Assembly: GCA_013265495.1 (NCBI GenBank)
Contig: MU058000.1
Span: 1,612,001-1,676,000 of the forward strand
Origin: Vicugna vicugna
Taxonomy: Eukaryota
Direction of reading: 5' to 3'
DNA length: 64,000 bases
Part shown: positions 25,251 through 36,930 of the stretch, one piece after another
Layout of the letters: each line of letters begins with the position of its first letter
Numbering within the stretch: the stretch's first letter is position 1
Position numbers and translations under genes: made by a program
Notes under the pieces: model-generated
Databases searched by the model: none
What the model saw: only the letters and a program-made list of their open reading frames with translations
Told to the model about the DNA's origin: nothing

Positions 25251-25669
25251 TGCGGTCAGCATGGGGAAGCCCTGCACAGCTCTTGTTGCCCCAGCTGCTA
25301 GGAGTCTGGCCAGTAAACTGTCTTCAGTTGTCACCTTGTTAGGAATGGCCCCAACTGCAGAGAGAATTGCCAATAGCAAGGACACAGCCTTCTGGCAGAA
25401 GCCCACCTTTCATGTGTGTTGGAGGCAGAACCTCCAAGGACCTGGCCAGTGTGGCTCAATGTGGGACGCATGTGAAGGACCAAGTCAGGTCCTGAGCTTC
25501 CCATGGGGGTTGGGTGAAGTCACTGGGTCTCAGTGAAGACTCTACTTCTCTCTCTACCCAGTCCTGTTCCCCTCCTTCCATAGTGATGATTTCAAGGTCA
25601 TTTCCTAATGAGCTTTCTGAGCAACAACCTGTCTTGGAGTCTGCCTCCTGGAGAATCCACGCTGTGACA
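25251..25669 (+). mobile_element. LTR16A-like ERVL LTR (3' LTR of the relic)
   Basis: TG...CA; 'ccccagctgctaggag', 'ccccaactgcagagagaattgcc', end 'gagtctgcctcctggagaatccacgctgtgaca'. Confidence 0.8.
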
Positions 25670-28239
25670 TGCTGTGAATGAAATCAGTGATACCAGTTGT
25701 CATTTAGTGCAGACACTGGAATTATTTTTTTAGGGTTCCGTAAGTAATGCTTCATAGAAAATAACCAGGTCAAACATTTTTTTCTTAAAAATCAGAATAA
25801 GGACATTTTATATTTTTATTTTAAGGTTAGTACTAGAATTTGTAATATGTTAACAAAGTTTACATCCAATGATAAAATGATATGTTTCTAACTATTAGAT
25901 GAAAAAACAAAAATTCACTCAAGTGGAAAAACATTATTACAAAAACATTTATTTTTCAAAAGAATTTACTTTTGGGGTTTTAAGCAATCTAATATGAAAT
26001 GTATAAAACTTACATTTTTCACTTTTGAATCAATCTATTATCTTACTGTTTTATTTAAAAAGGTAACATATTAAAATAGAAAAAATAAGCCACATTTTCA
26101 TGTAAACTCAAAAGTAGGATTCAGTTTATGTATGGGCCAAAGATCATATGCATTCCTTCATCTCAGATCTTTACTTAATTGCTTCTTAATAGTTGTAGCA
26201 AAACAGCCCATATGGTGGTAAGTGCCTAATATATTTGTGAAGTGGCAGTTTTCCACATATGAGATGTGTCAGTTTTCTAGAGAACTTTCTTCATTACTAT
26301 GGTTGCTCCTCTTTGCTACTTGAGAAATTTCTTTCTCAGTTTAAATCTACTGCGACATAGTTTTTCCATGCCAGGCAAAAACTCTCAACACGTATTTGCA
26401 TATGTAAAGTAGAACTCACGTTTGCAAGTCATGCTTTTTACCTTTAGCTTGGTAGTCTCATGCAGATCCATTCATAAACAAGTTCTCATGTACATTTATG
26501 GAAATCGCAGGTACACGAGTAGAGTCTGTTTTTCTTTCGAGTATCCATCTGGAAAGATTTACAAGATCCTTGGCAAAAGTTGCTATGCAGAAAGAGTCCG
26601 TACAAACAAAATAAGGCATGTGCCACAGCTTTGTTAAGCTTCAACGTGTAAATAGAATTGTCCCCCTTGGGATTTGCCTTATGTATCGTTTGATTTTTCT
26701 TCTCCGTAACTAAGAATTAAATTCTCAGCAAGTTTGAACTTGCTTGAATGGGTCAAGTAGATGCTGTAGGTTCTGAACTCATTTATTTGGTTTCATATTC
26801 AGAAGTGTGGTGGTGCTGAAAGAAAAAAGGTCAGGATGGTAACAATCTGAACACAGACAGAAGTAATTTGAGCTCGAAGGGCACAAAGAGGGCACCTAGT
26901 CTAGGTCTCTACCAGCCAAATACCTCTAAGTCCAGACTCATGACAGTATCCAGGTGTTGGAAAATAAAGTATGGCTGGGCACTGTAGCAAGCTGAAGAGA
27001 GTCCACCCTCTAAATACAATAAAAAAAAAAAAAAAGACAAAAAAGACTAATACTTCAGCAAGTCATAGTAGGCTGACATTGATGACCCCCACTAGTCTAT
27101 CCAAACTCTTATTTTTTAACTGATGAGATTTTTTGTTAACTGATAAGATTCCTGAGCACAGTGATGGCAGACGATAATATTAAAAACAAATCTGTTCGTA
27201 AGGAACCTGAAGGGAATGGTCTAGTGATGGATTAAAGTCTCCTGATACCCAATTTGGAGCTGTTTCTCTCAGAGGTTAATATCTTTGAGGTTGAATAGTT
27301 TGCTCTCTTCAACTGGACATTCCCGAGTTCCATTCAGTATTTAACAATTATTTCCAAATGCAACTGTGATGTATTAGATTGTATTATATTTTACTACCAT
27401 CCAAGCTCCTTAGAACTACAAGAAGCTATTCTTTCCTGGAGTATCCAGATTGTGAGGCAACTCTGATACATGATGTTAAAAAGAAATTCTGTTTATATAT
27501 TTCGATTGGTGAAAAATAATTTCTGTTTGAGCAGTTCTGTTAATATTCCCATGTGGTGGTATTTTTAGTTTCTAAGTCAGGCATGTCGATGCACAGGGAA
27601 AAAAAGAGAAAGCAATTTACAACTCTGCAAAGAAATACAGCCTCTTCCACTTCATTTGTGTTTCATCTTGATTATCAACACATTTGTCATCCCCCTGTAA
27701 TTTATTCATTATTTTTACCAGAGGAATATGAAGGGAAAAAAGAAGATAAGTGCACTTGTCAAAATGTGAAACAGATGCTCTAACAATGATTGGAGACAAT
27801 TAATGTTCTCAGGAAGAAGCAACAGGCTGGGTTTGTGTTTAGCTTCGGATTTTTACAGCAAACAGACTTGGGGAAAATGCAAATGTGAAATGAAGGTTTT
27901 ATTTCCCAAGCAAAGGAAAACAGTAGTCTCTGACTACATTGTTGTGCATTTCTGTTATAATCTGACAGTTTAGATCCTTTCTGAAAAATCATTAAGAACA
28001 ATGAGAGCAAAATGCAAATTGAGCAGCTTTGAAGAGTGATTCAATGACTCTTTCTTCTGAATCACCAAATTGAAAATGTCCTGCGATTGAAATGGCTGTG
28101 GGATGGTGGGCTGACAAGTAGAATGAAGATGAATATGTGTCTGAGCACACTTCAATTCCAGTTGGGCACAACAAAGTAAGTGTGCCTCCAATCACCTTCG
28201 CAATGTTTCCATTTGTTCTTTCTTTTATTGAAGTGAAGA

Positions 28240-29620
28240 GATTTCAGTTCCACCACCTTCTGAACTCTGACAGTATTTCCCTTCCCCACATCTCGCCCCT
28301 ACTCCACTGATCTTACTCTAGACCTTGTAATCAGTAGTCTCATTCTCTGACCCTTACCTCCTTTCCTCTGCCACTCACTCCAGTGGTTTGACTCTAACAG
28401 TTTTCTAACCACGTGGAACTCATTATTGCTGTAACCAATATCCAATTATCCTCAGCTTTGGGATTCTTGGGAGGATCATACTACCCCCAAATCAGGATTG
28501 GACTCTCTTCAACTTTATGACCACAAATACCAATGTGTCCTCAACACTGACAACCAATCTGATGTATGAGGATAGGTTGGACTGTGGGGAAAATACATAT
28601 ATAATGGCTCAACAGAAGTTTCCTTCTCATTGACCTAACAGTCTAAGGTGAGTCTCTGATCAGATCATGAGATGACTCTCCTCCGCTGGTCACTTAGGGG
28701 CAGATATTTCTTCCATCTTCTGGATTTGTCTCACCTGAGAACTTAGTTATTAACTGCATCGAGCTGGCAGAAAGAGGGGGCATAGGGAGGGCTTCTCTGC
28801 TTCTTAGATGTCTTGTTTGAAAGTAGAAAATGCCCTTTCTGCTTATACACTGTTAGATAGAGCTCATTTTATGGCCATAATCTGAAAAATGTAGTCTAGT
28901 TCTGTGACCAGGAAGAAAAGAAGAAAAGGAAAAGTATTTTGATGAAGAGCTAACAATCTCCACCACATATGTTAATAATTTCCTGAAATTGTATTTTCCT
29001 ACTCTCAAAGAAAACTATTACTTCTCTCTCTTCAAATCATAAACGTCCTAAAATGACCTGGCTCCACTGAGAACATAGATACAGTCAGATGAGAATCTCC
29101 ATTTTCTTCCCACCTTCTGAGCTGCCTATGAGCCCACAGACTTGATTTTTTTCCTTCCCTTATAACAGAGTAAACATTCTTGCATGGTCTAAAGGCATGG
29201 CCTCTTTTTGTTCCCTGGGTAGAATTTCCTCTGTATTTCTCAAGGACCTTACCTCTGCCATCATCTTTATTTCTAACCTCCCATCATCAAGTTCTTACTT
29301 TGGATTAATGCCAGTAGTATGAAAACATGCCTAGTATCACTCAGATTTACACAAGTAAGCAAAAAAATATTTTACCCCACATCCCTCTCCATCCATTGCC
29401 TCATTTCTCTACAACCCTTACTGGAAAATTGATGAAGTACTTGATAACATCATTTCTACCCTTTATACCTCCCATCTTGATCACCCTTCAACCAGGATTT
29501 TATTCAAATCACTCCAGTAATATAGTACCTAACAAAGTCACCAATGATCCACATCTTGCTCATGTCAGTGCCAATTATGTGCCCTGAGCCTACCTTTAGT
29601 TAACATCAGACACACATCAC
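28240..29620 (+). mobile_element. L2 internal fragments (interrupted by MLT1 at 28560-28967)
   Basis: Pyrimidine-rich L2 motifs 'ctctagaccttgtaat', 'tttctcaaggacctt', 'caaagtcaccaatgatccacatcttgct'. Confidence 0.6.
28560..28967 (-). mobile_element. MLT1K/L-like MaLR LTR
   Basis: 'aatggctcaacagaagtttccttctc', 'ttcttccatctt', 'aaatgtagtctagttctgtgaccaggaagaa', end 'ctccaccaca'. Confidence 0.75.
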
Positions 29621-30117
29621 CCTGCAACAAATGTAAGATGGTCTGAAGTAAGGAACACATCTCTCTGCTTTCTAAACTCATTGAACATCTGAGCAGTATT
29701 CAACTGAGTTTAATCTAAAGATATTTTGATATTAGGTAAACTTTATGATTTCCTAAAGGACAACCGATATTTTTTGGTAGGAAATGGCCAACTCAATACT
29801 AATACAATAATAATTTACAGACTAGAGAGACTTCCTTTTTTTTTTTTTTCTAGGCACCTTTTTTTGTGCATAATACCAGATGATTTGGTTGCTTCAATCA
29901 GGACATCAAGTTAATGGGGTGGCAACATTCTTCCATTCAGAACCATAAATTAACATGCATCATACTCATCACTGAACTAGATGCTTCAGATATATGAAGA
30001 TGATTCACTGAGCTCAAGGAAACTGTAATCTAAAGGAGAAAATAAACATACATTTAGTCCTACAAAAACTGAGAAAGAACTTCTTTTGAGACTGGTTCCA
30101 TGTAAGTTATTGCAGAC

Positions 30118-30614
30118 TGTACTTAGAGGCAACTGCAAGTATGTTTCTCATATTACGTGGTCTTCTACACATGTGGTGTCTATTTCTCTCCCACCTTGAA
30201 ACTCAGTGGTCCCTGTGACCTCTTTAACCAATAGAATATTGATGCTTTGCAAATTCTGGTTGTAGCTCTACATACTTTGGCAGTTCCTGTTTCTCCCTCT
30301 TGAAATGTCACTGGTACTGAAGTACCATTCTGTTAGACGCTAAAGCAAAATGAAGCAACCATGTGGAGACTCTTTGATCTGGGCCTCAGATGAGAATCCA
30401 GCCGCTGTCCAGAATCCATGGTCAGTTAGATGAGTGGTTCGTCCTGAATGCGCACCTTTCAGATGATTCCAGCAACAGCATCCAAGTGAACTGAATGAAG
30501 GCCCAAGTGGGAAAATGCACAGATGATCCCAGTCAACCCACAGAATCATGAGGAAAAATAATAGCTTGTTCATTTAGTTTGGTTGGTTTGTTATGCAGGA
30601 ATAGATAGCCCAAA
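30118..30614 (+). mobile_element. MLT1H-like MaLR LTR
   Basis: 'ctttaaccaatagaat', 'tttcagatgattccagc', 'cccagtcaacccacagaatcatgag', 'tttgttatgcaggaatagata'. Confidence 0.8.
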
Positions 30615-32596
30615 GGTTAGGTGACAGCCATAAAAATCATTTAGGTATATTCTCTATCCCTGGGACCCTACAGTCTAATGTAGGACTTTGAGGAATTCCT
30701 TAAAATGTGAATATAAAGTTATGGTGAATAATACACAAGATGTATGATTATATGTAAAGAGTACAGGAAAGACTTGTTTAGAAAAGTGCCATTTGAGTTA
30801 GAATTTGAAATGGGTGTCAAATTTTTCTAATTGCTGTTTGATAAGATTTAAACCGTTGGAGAAATCTACCAAGAAGAAACAGCTTGAGAGAAGAAATCTA
30901 TGGTGGTCAGAAGCTGGTAATATTAGCTCACATTAATTAAATTGCTGTCAAGATTTGGGAACTTCACATAAGTTACTTCTTATTTTTATCAAAACCATCT
31001 AGTAAGAAAGGAATTAAATCAGGATTCAAATGCAGCACTTGAAACTTAGGCTACTTCCAGTATGCTAGCATGCCTCCAGGGAGGGATAGGAAGAAAAATG
31101 AGAAGAATGATTTAAACAGAATGTTGGGGCACAACAATAGAGAAGGTTGAAGGCCCTACAAGAGCTTGTCTTCAATCAAAGTAGCAAAATGGACCCACTA
31201 AAGATTTGTCAGCAGAGAAACTCATGTTCTCATTGCTACTTAAAATAGTCACATGATTTCCTTTTTTAACATTATTTTCTTATTTGATTGTGTAGATTTT
31301 TATTTAGATGCAGTGTTTGGTTTCTTATTGGAGTAACGGAATTGCATCTCTTAGTTATATTTTGGCTTTCATCAAAAGTTGGGTTAAGAGATTTTAAATT
31401 TATTAAATGGGAAAACTGACTAGTACAATGTGGATTTAAGTTAATAAAATGTAGCCTCTTTTCTAAATGTTCATTTATTAATATAAACAACTACAACAAT
31501 TAAGCATTATTAAATTTGGAGGGATGGGAAATTCAAAGATTTTCTGCATAACAGATTTAAATCTTTACACACATTTGGTTGATTTTAGAACATTAACAAG
31601 TCTAAGAATTTCTATTTTATTCTTTTCACTTTTTAGATAGAAATATTTAAACTCAAAATTGTTAAGTTTCACACAAATTAGCAACAACAATGTTTGTGAA
31701 AACAATCAACTAACTAGGAAACAAATGTGCAGTCCAGGTAATCTGACTTCCACCTGAGGGTCTTGCGATCTTTAAAGACATCTTGAAGAAGTCATCTATT
31801 TGTCTCTCCTTGAATAAATACCATGTTAGGAACATAAGCACGTCTTTATTTGATTTTCAGAATGAATTTCTAGAAGTCTCACAAAAGGCTTATTTACAAT
31901 TATTTAAGATTACAGATATACAAGCTGGAAAAACTTTAGTAAGTCTGCACTGGCTTAAGGCAACATCTTGGAAGTAAATTTAGGTATTTATTTAAAAGAT
32001 TCTCTCATATAATTTTTTTTTCCTCTCTCTCTCCCATTCTTTACTGTAGTAGTTTAGATTTATGAAACTCTATTTGCATTTTTTGTAAGAAGAATATTAC
32101 TATATTATTGACTATGAAAGTAAGGCATGACTATAATAGAAAACATGGAAAATATGGAAGAGTATAAAAATCTCATCTAACCTGTCCGCCTGGGTATGAC
32201 AGCTTCAAACAGTTTTATTTATCTCTTACTATTGTCAACCGATGTGTCATATTTCTTGTGCATCCAGAGTTGTACCTTGTTGATTATTATGTCTCCAAAC
32301 ACTATCACAGTTTCAAGTGTATTGTAGGAGCTCAAAAACATATTTTGGGTAGAAAATAATGCAATTGATTCCCTTGTTTCTTTCTGAACATTTTTTTATA
32401 GTAGGGGTTGTTCTGTATTAATGAACTTACGCTCACCTAACATCTTTTGCTCAATATATTGATATCTCATATCATAGCATATAGCATACAATTTCCTCAT
32501 ATGAACACATCAAATATTATCCAAATAATCCCCTCATTTTAGTCATTAAATGAGTTCTAACAGTTTGCGAGTATAAATCATTTGGTTTTCAAAAAC

Positions 32597-32957
32597 CATA
32601 GAAGGAGACTACTTTTTATCCACCCAAATCCATTACTCCCTTCCTTTATTTCCCTTGTAATGGAGTTGTAATTTGTTGCTTGATCATTCAGGGACTATGA
32701 TTCCCAGCCGCTCCTTTGCAGCAAGGGGTATCCATGTAACAAAGTTCTCACCAACAAAATATGAGTCAGAGTGTCCTGTTCTTCTTTCAGAATAAGCCCA
32801 AATCCATGAGAGATAAGTAGCTCGGGCATCTAGATCTCCATAAGATGGAACATTCATCTCTGATGATTACAAACAAGAGAATTCTTTGTTCTTGAATCAA
32901 CATTATTGTTGGGTCTCTCATGAGAGAAGCTGAGTCATTTGTAGCAACTAATCCAGT
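32597..32957 (+). mobile_element. MLT1I/J-like MaLR LTR
   Basis: 'ttcccagccgctcctttgcagcaagggg...catgtaacaaagttctcaccaac', 'ttgggtctctc'. Confidence 0.65.
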
Positions 32958-33186
32958 CACATGCTCTATCACTAAACACGTTTCAGCTTTCACTAGGGAC
33001 TAGCTCAAGTGTAGTAATCTTGGCTCATAAGTGTCCCTGTCTAAAGCAGGAAAGTATGTTTCCACAAATCACTTCTGTGTTGTTTCACACAATAAAGACA
33101 ACACATCAGAGGCTGATTTCCAGCTGGAAGTCTACAGGGTGAGAATGTGACTGACCATCTGTTTTGATGAGTCAGACATCCTCAAA

Positions 33187-33372
33187 CAATGGCTTGTAAA
33201 TTTTAGTGTGTTTCAGAATCACGTGGGGGGCTGTTAAAGCACAGATTGCTAAGTCTACCTCCAAGGTCTCTGGTTCTGTAGATATGGAGTGGGTTCTGAC
33301 GGCACGTATTTTTAATGTGTTCTCAAGTTATGTTGATGTTCATGGTCTTATGATGCACTTTAAGAAACTATT
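33187..33372 (-). mobile_element. MER5A-like hAT element
   Basis: 'tcagaatcacgtgggggctgttaaagcacagattgct...ctctggttctgtag...cactttaagaaacta'. Confidence 0.8.
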
Positions 33373-34056
33373 CTTGAAGAACTAGAGCCCAATTCCTTCA
33401 GAATGGGAAAAAAAAGGGGGGGGGGAATAAAGAAAATAACACCTTCCCAAGTATTTTTCTGAGTAGGTTCTAAAGAAAATTTATGAAAGTCAGCATTTTC
33501 TCCTTGCAACAATTATTATTCAAGCTACTTCACTTGTCTTTGTATCTCTAAATAGGTGGCAAATACTTAGAACACACAGTCTGATCGCTGCCTCTCTTCC
33601 TTCTCTGAGGCAGCGCTAGTGAACGTGTGGAAGAACTAACACTGCTGAAACCCAACAGTCTACATATCTGCTGGATCACTGGTCTGTGACAGAGAATGCC
33701 TTTTTTCCCTACTGGCGTGTTCCAGTCATCAGATGGTTAGCTTGCCACTGGTGCGTAACACTTTAAGTGATCCACTTGTCAAGTAGGGCTATTAATCTTC
33801 ATGATTTAACGGAGAATTCTAGACATCAACAAATGGGAGAGACATCTGACCACTGAAACCCAAGCGCAATACTTTTCCCTCCTGCACTTTGGCCATTCCT
33901 TTGGCATACAGAACGGAACCCCCCAGGTCAGCGGGTGGGAAGCTATAACTTGGAGACCTAGCTCATGCCCTCAAGGCAATCATTTACCAGAGCAGAAGCC
34001 TTTCAGGTAAGATGCTAGATAGATTCTCTGATGTTTTATATTGCAAGACTACTTAC

Positions 34057-34293
34057 AAAACCTTTTTGAATCTTGTCCCTTCCCCATTAAGGGGACTACA
34101 ATGTCACTCCTACTGTCCTCTGAGTCTGAGTGACTTTTTTCTCTCATTGTTCTCCCAAAGCAAGATATGGTGACAGAGTGTCTCATCTCAGTCATCAGTA
34201 CCAGCCATCTCTCCAAGAACTCATAGCACTTGTAACACTTATTAATAAGACAGAACATCTATCAGTGCTTAGTTTTAGTCTGCTCTTTATCCT
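34057..34293 (-). other. Candidate spliced exon (237 nt), probably non-coding or 5' UTR/start-containing
   Basis: Acceptor ...cctgtcttctgCAG|AGG and donor TTT|GTAAGT in unique sequence; no frame is open end to end, but ATG at 34258 runs through the donor. Confidence 0.35.
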
Positions 34294-35239
34294 CTGCAGA
34301 AGACAGGCCATAAATAGAGCAAATGATCATTGTTATATACCACATGCTTCGGAAGATAAAGAGATAGTTATTTATAGCAATGAATCGAAACTCTTTGCAC
34401 TTTCTGATTAAAGCTCACCTGTGTTAAGTGTGACATTGCCAAGAGAAATATTTGCCCTTTACAATATTATATGTAATTATGTGTTCCATGCTCTAAGAGG
34501 GCCAGTGCTTAAAAAAGAAAACAGTATTGGTACCTGTGAAACTTTTGTTGGGCAAAAATCCTCAGAGACGTGAATCATAGGTTTCTAATTCAGACCTTTT
34601 AATTACATAAATTTTACTTTCTGAACCTTCATACTCTATTTTTAGTGTAATTCCACACTAAATACTTGCCCTAAAATTGAGGCAAAGAAAGTCACAGCCA
34701 TCCTGTATTTTGAGGTCTAAAGAGGATTATCACAAGTCACTATTATGTCCAAGATTGAAAATCATCCCAGCTTTGCTTTTAAAAAAATTCAAACAAGTTA
34801 CAGTAGTAGTGACAGTTATTGGCATTTGACATAGTCCCTGGAGGCATCAAAAGACTGTCTGAGTACAGATGTCCTAAGGCATGGCAGCTAAATGAGGAAT
34901 CCATGAGGCCAGCCTCAGTGGTCCAGGAAGCCTGTGTCTAGATCACTGGGTAACAAGTCTTGGTGGGGGAGTTTCTCCAACAAGACGCCACCCGTTATCA
35001 TGTACTCATAGCTAAAATATGTAACTCACAGGGGAAGGACTAATCATGTGTTGTGTATTTTGTGCCAATTACTGGAGTATATTGGGAGTTTAGGTCTGCT
35101 GGCATTTATATCATATCCTTCTTAAAGTTTGAATTGATTCACTATTAGAATGTTTCAAGACACGATCTTAATAAGAAAAATGACCTTCCTAATATTATGT
35201 CTTATTATGCAAGCCCTTAATGTTGTCCCATCACAAGTC

Positions 35240-35440
35240 ACCTACAGCTCTGGAGTCATTTATTTGGTAAGTTTATGACCACTTACTAGCTCCCTGGCCT
35301 TGGACAAATAACTTAAATCCCCTGATTTAATTGTACCTTAAGTACATGATTTTTGGAGGATAAGATGAGATGATGAAGGAACAGCACATGGCATAGTGCC
35401 TAATGCAAATTAAGCACTGTAGAAATGTATCCATTATTAT
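35240..35440 (+). mobile_element. MIR
   Basis: 'ccacttactagctccctggccttggacaaataacttaa...gcacatggcatagtgcct'. Confidence 0.75.
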
Positions 35441-36109
35441 TAGAACATGGCTAGTCTTTTTACCTAAATGTATGTAAGGCTTTTTGAGGGAGACTGGAGA
35501 AAGTGCCTCGGACGAATATGTCTTTCTCATTGAGCAGTCATTTACGCAGTAATGTTGCTTTGGTCAGCAGATATACCTCTGATGAACGTGTAGATGCAAC
35601 CGAAGACATAAAACTTCAGTTGATATCAGTTATGTGTCTCCTTAAGATAATTTTTTGTCATGTAGTTTCTGATAGAAGAGCCAAGGAAAAATGTTATTAA
35701 AAGCAGAGAAGAATCTTGAAACTATGTCTACCAGATTTGTACATAGTTAAGCAAACCCTTTTTACTTTAGCTATTTATCGAATACATAATTGTCGAACAA
35801 TTGTTAAGGGCTAGCCAAATAGGCAAAACATCTAGGTGAAACCATACACATGACACTGTTAGTGCCTGTCCTCATGGCATTTGTTTTCTGTTTTAGAACT
35901 TTTCCAAGGTGCTGTCCCCAATTGAATATGATACACTCATTCTCATTAAAAATGTGAATTGTTCATTTTTTTTTTGTTATAATTGTCAGAATCTTCACTT
36001 GGAACTTTTAATTTTTTTTTAAGGAAATTGAATGAATGCTCATGTTTATTTGATAAATGCTCATTATTGGTTACTCTCTGCTACTAAGTGGTAGTAACAA
36101 TTTCCTACT

Positions 36110-36270
36110 TTATTAGGTAGGTATTATTAGTATTCCTATTTTACAGATGGGAAATTGAAACACAGAAAGGTTAAGTAACTAGCTGAAAGTCACACAGCTA
36201 GTATGTGGTAGGGCCAAGTTTCAAATCCAGAGAAACTGATTCAGATGTTTGGGATTTGAACCATTAAACA
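36110..36270 (-). mobile_element. MIR
   Basis: 'cctattttacagatgggaaattgaaacacagaaaggttaagtaact...aagtcacacagctagt'. Confidence 0.85.
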
Positions 36271-36664
36271 TGTTCAGGCAATATTATACGTGATTCTAGT
36301 GTGAACTAAAATTGTTGGTCTCAGAAAGGTGAAAATTTGTACAATGTCATTAGGGATCTCACCTTTGTTTCTAGACTCTTGTTTTGACTAAATGTACCAT
36401 TACTCTGTAGTAAAAGTGTTACTGACTGATACTGTGCCTACTTCTGCATTTTCTTTTTCTTATTCCTCCCAAAATGTCTATAGGAATATATGAGATTTGC
36501 TTGAACGTTAACATGGATGTCACTTTTAACATTATTTTTTACCTCTGCTTCTTATAATCGTTCCCAGCTGTTCTTGTTTTGCTTTCTTTCTTGCAGCCCA
36601 AATGTAGTTTGTTTCATCTGCACTAAATGGAGAGGTAGTAATTCCACCACTATATGGTGGAATG

Positions 36665-36930
36665 TTAATAGCTAATACAAATGAGAATTTTTTTAAGTTT
36701 GTACCAGCACTGGGGTAAGTGCCTGATCTGTATTATCTTATTTAATTCTCACAGTAATTCACCAAGTTTGGATTTGTTTTTATCTACATTTTATAGGTTA
36801 TGAACCTGAGACTGTCAAAACACAAAAAAGTACATCAAAATAGTCTATAACGGCTTTAGCATATAGGATGGAGAATGGACTTGTTGGAATTTGAGTACAA
36901 GTTCATGAGATGTCAAAGCCTAAACTGTTA
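36665..36930 (-). mobile_element. MIR
   Basis: 'gtaccagcactgg...tattatcttatttaattctcacag...cattttataggttatgaacctgagact'. Confidence 0.65.

Noticed and set aside
24106..25536. ~100-aa ORFs in a GC-richer region
   Set aside because: They lie within ERVL/MLT1A/LTR16 relics and show no intact retroviral protein motifs.
27970..28195. Overlapping minus-strand ORFs and a plus-strand AAA|GTAAGT donor
   Set aside because: No convincing matching acceptor or recognisable peptide.
35460..35700. CpG-containing unique stretch with a possible minus-strand donor
   Set aside because: All minus frames contain stops and I found no good acceptor; it may be a non-coding element, but this is unsupported.
36641..36663. 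Short hairpins/palindromes (also 26727-26744, 50074-50090, ~6865-6880, ~59062-59086)
   Set aside because: 8-9 bp stems are expected by chance in 64 kb of AT-rich DNA and are too short for a pre-miRNA or MITE.
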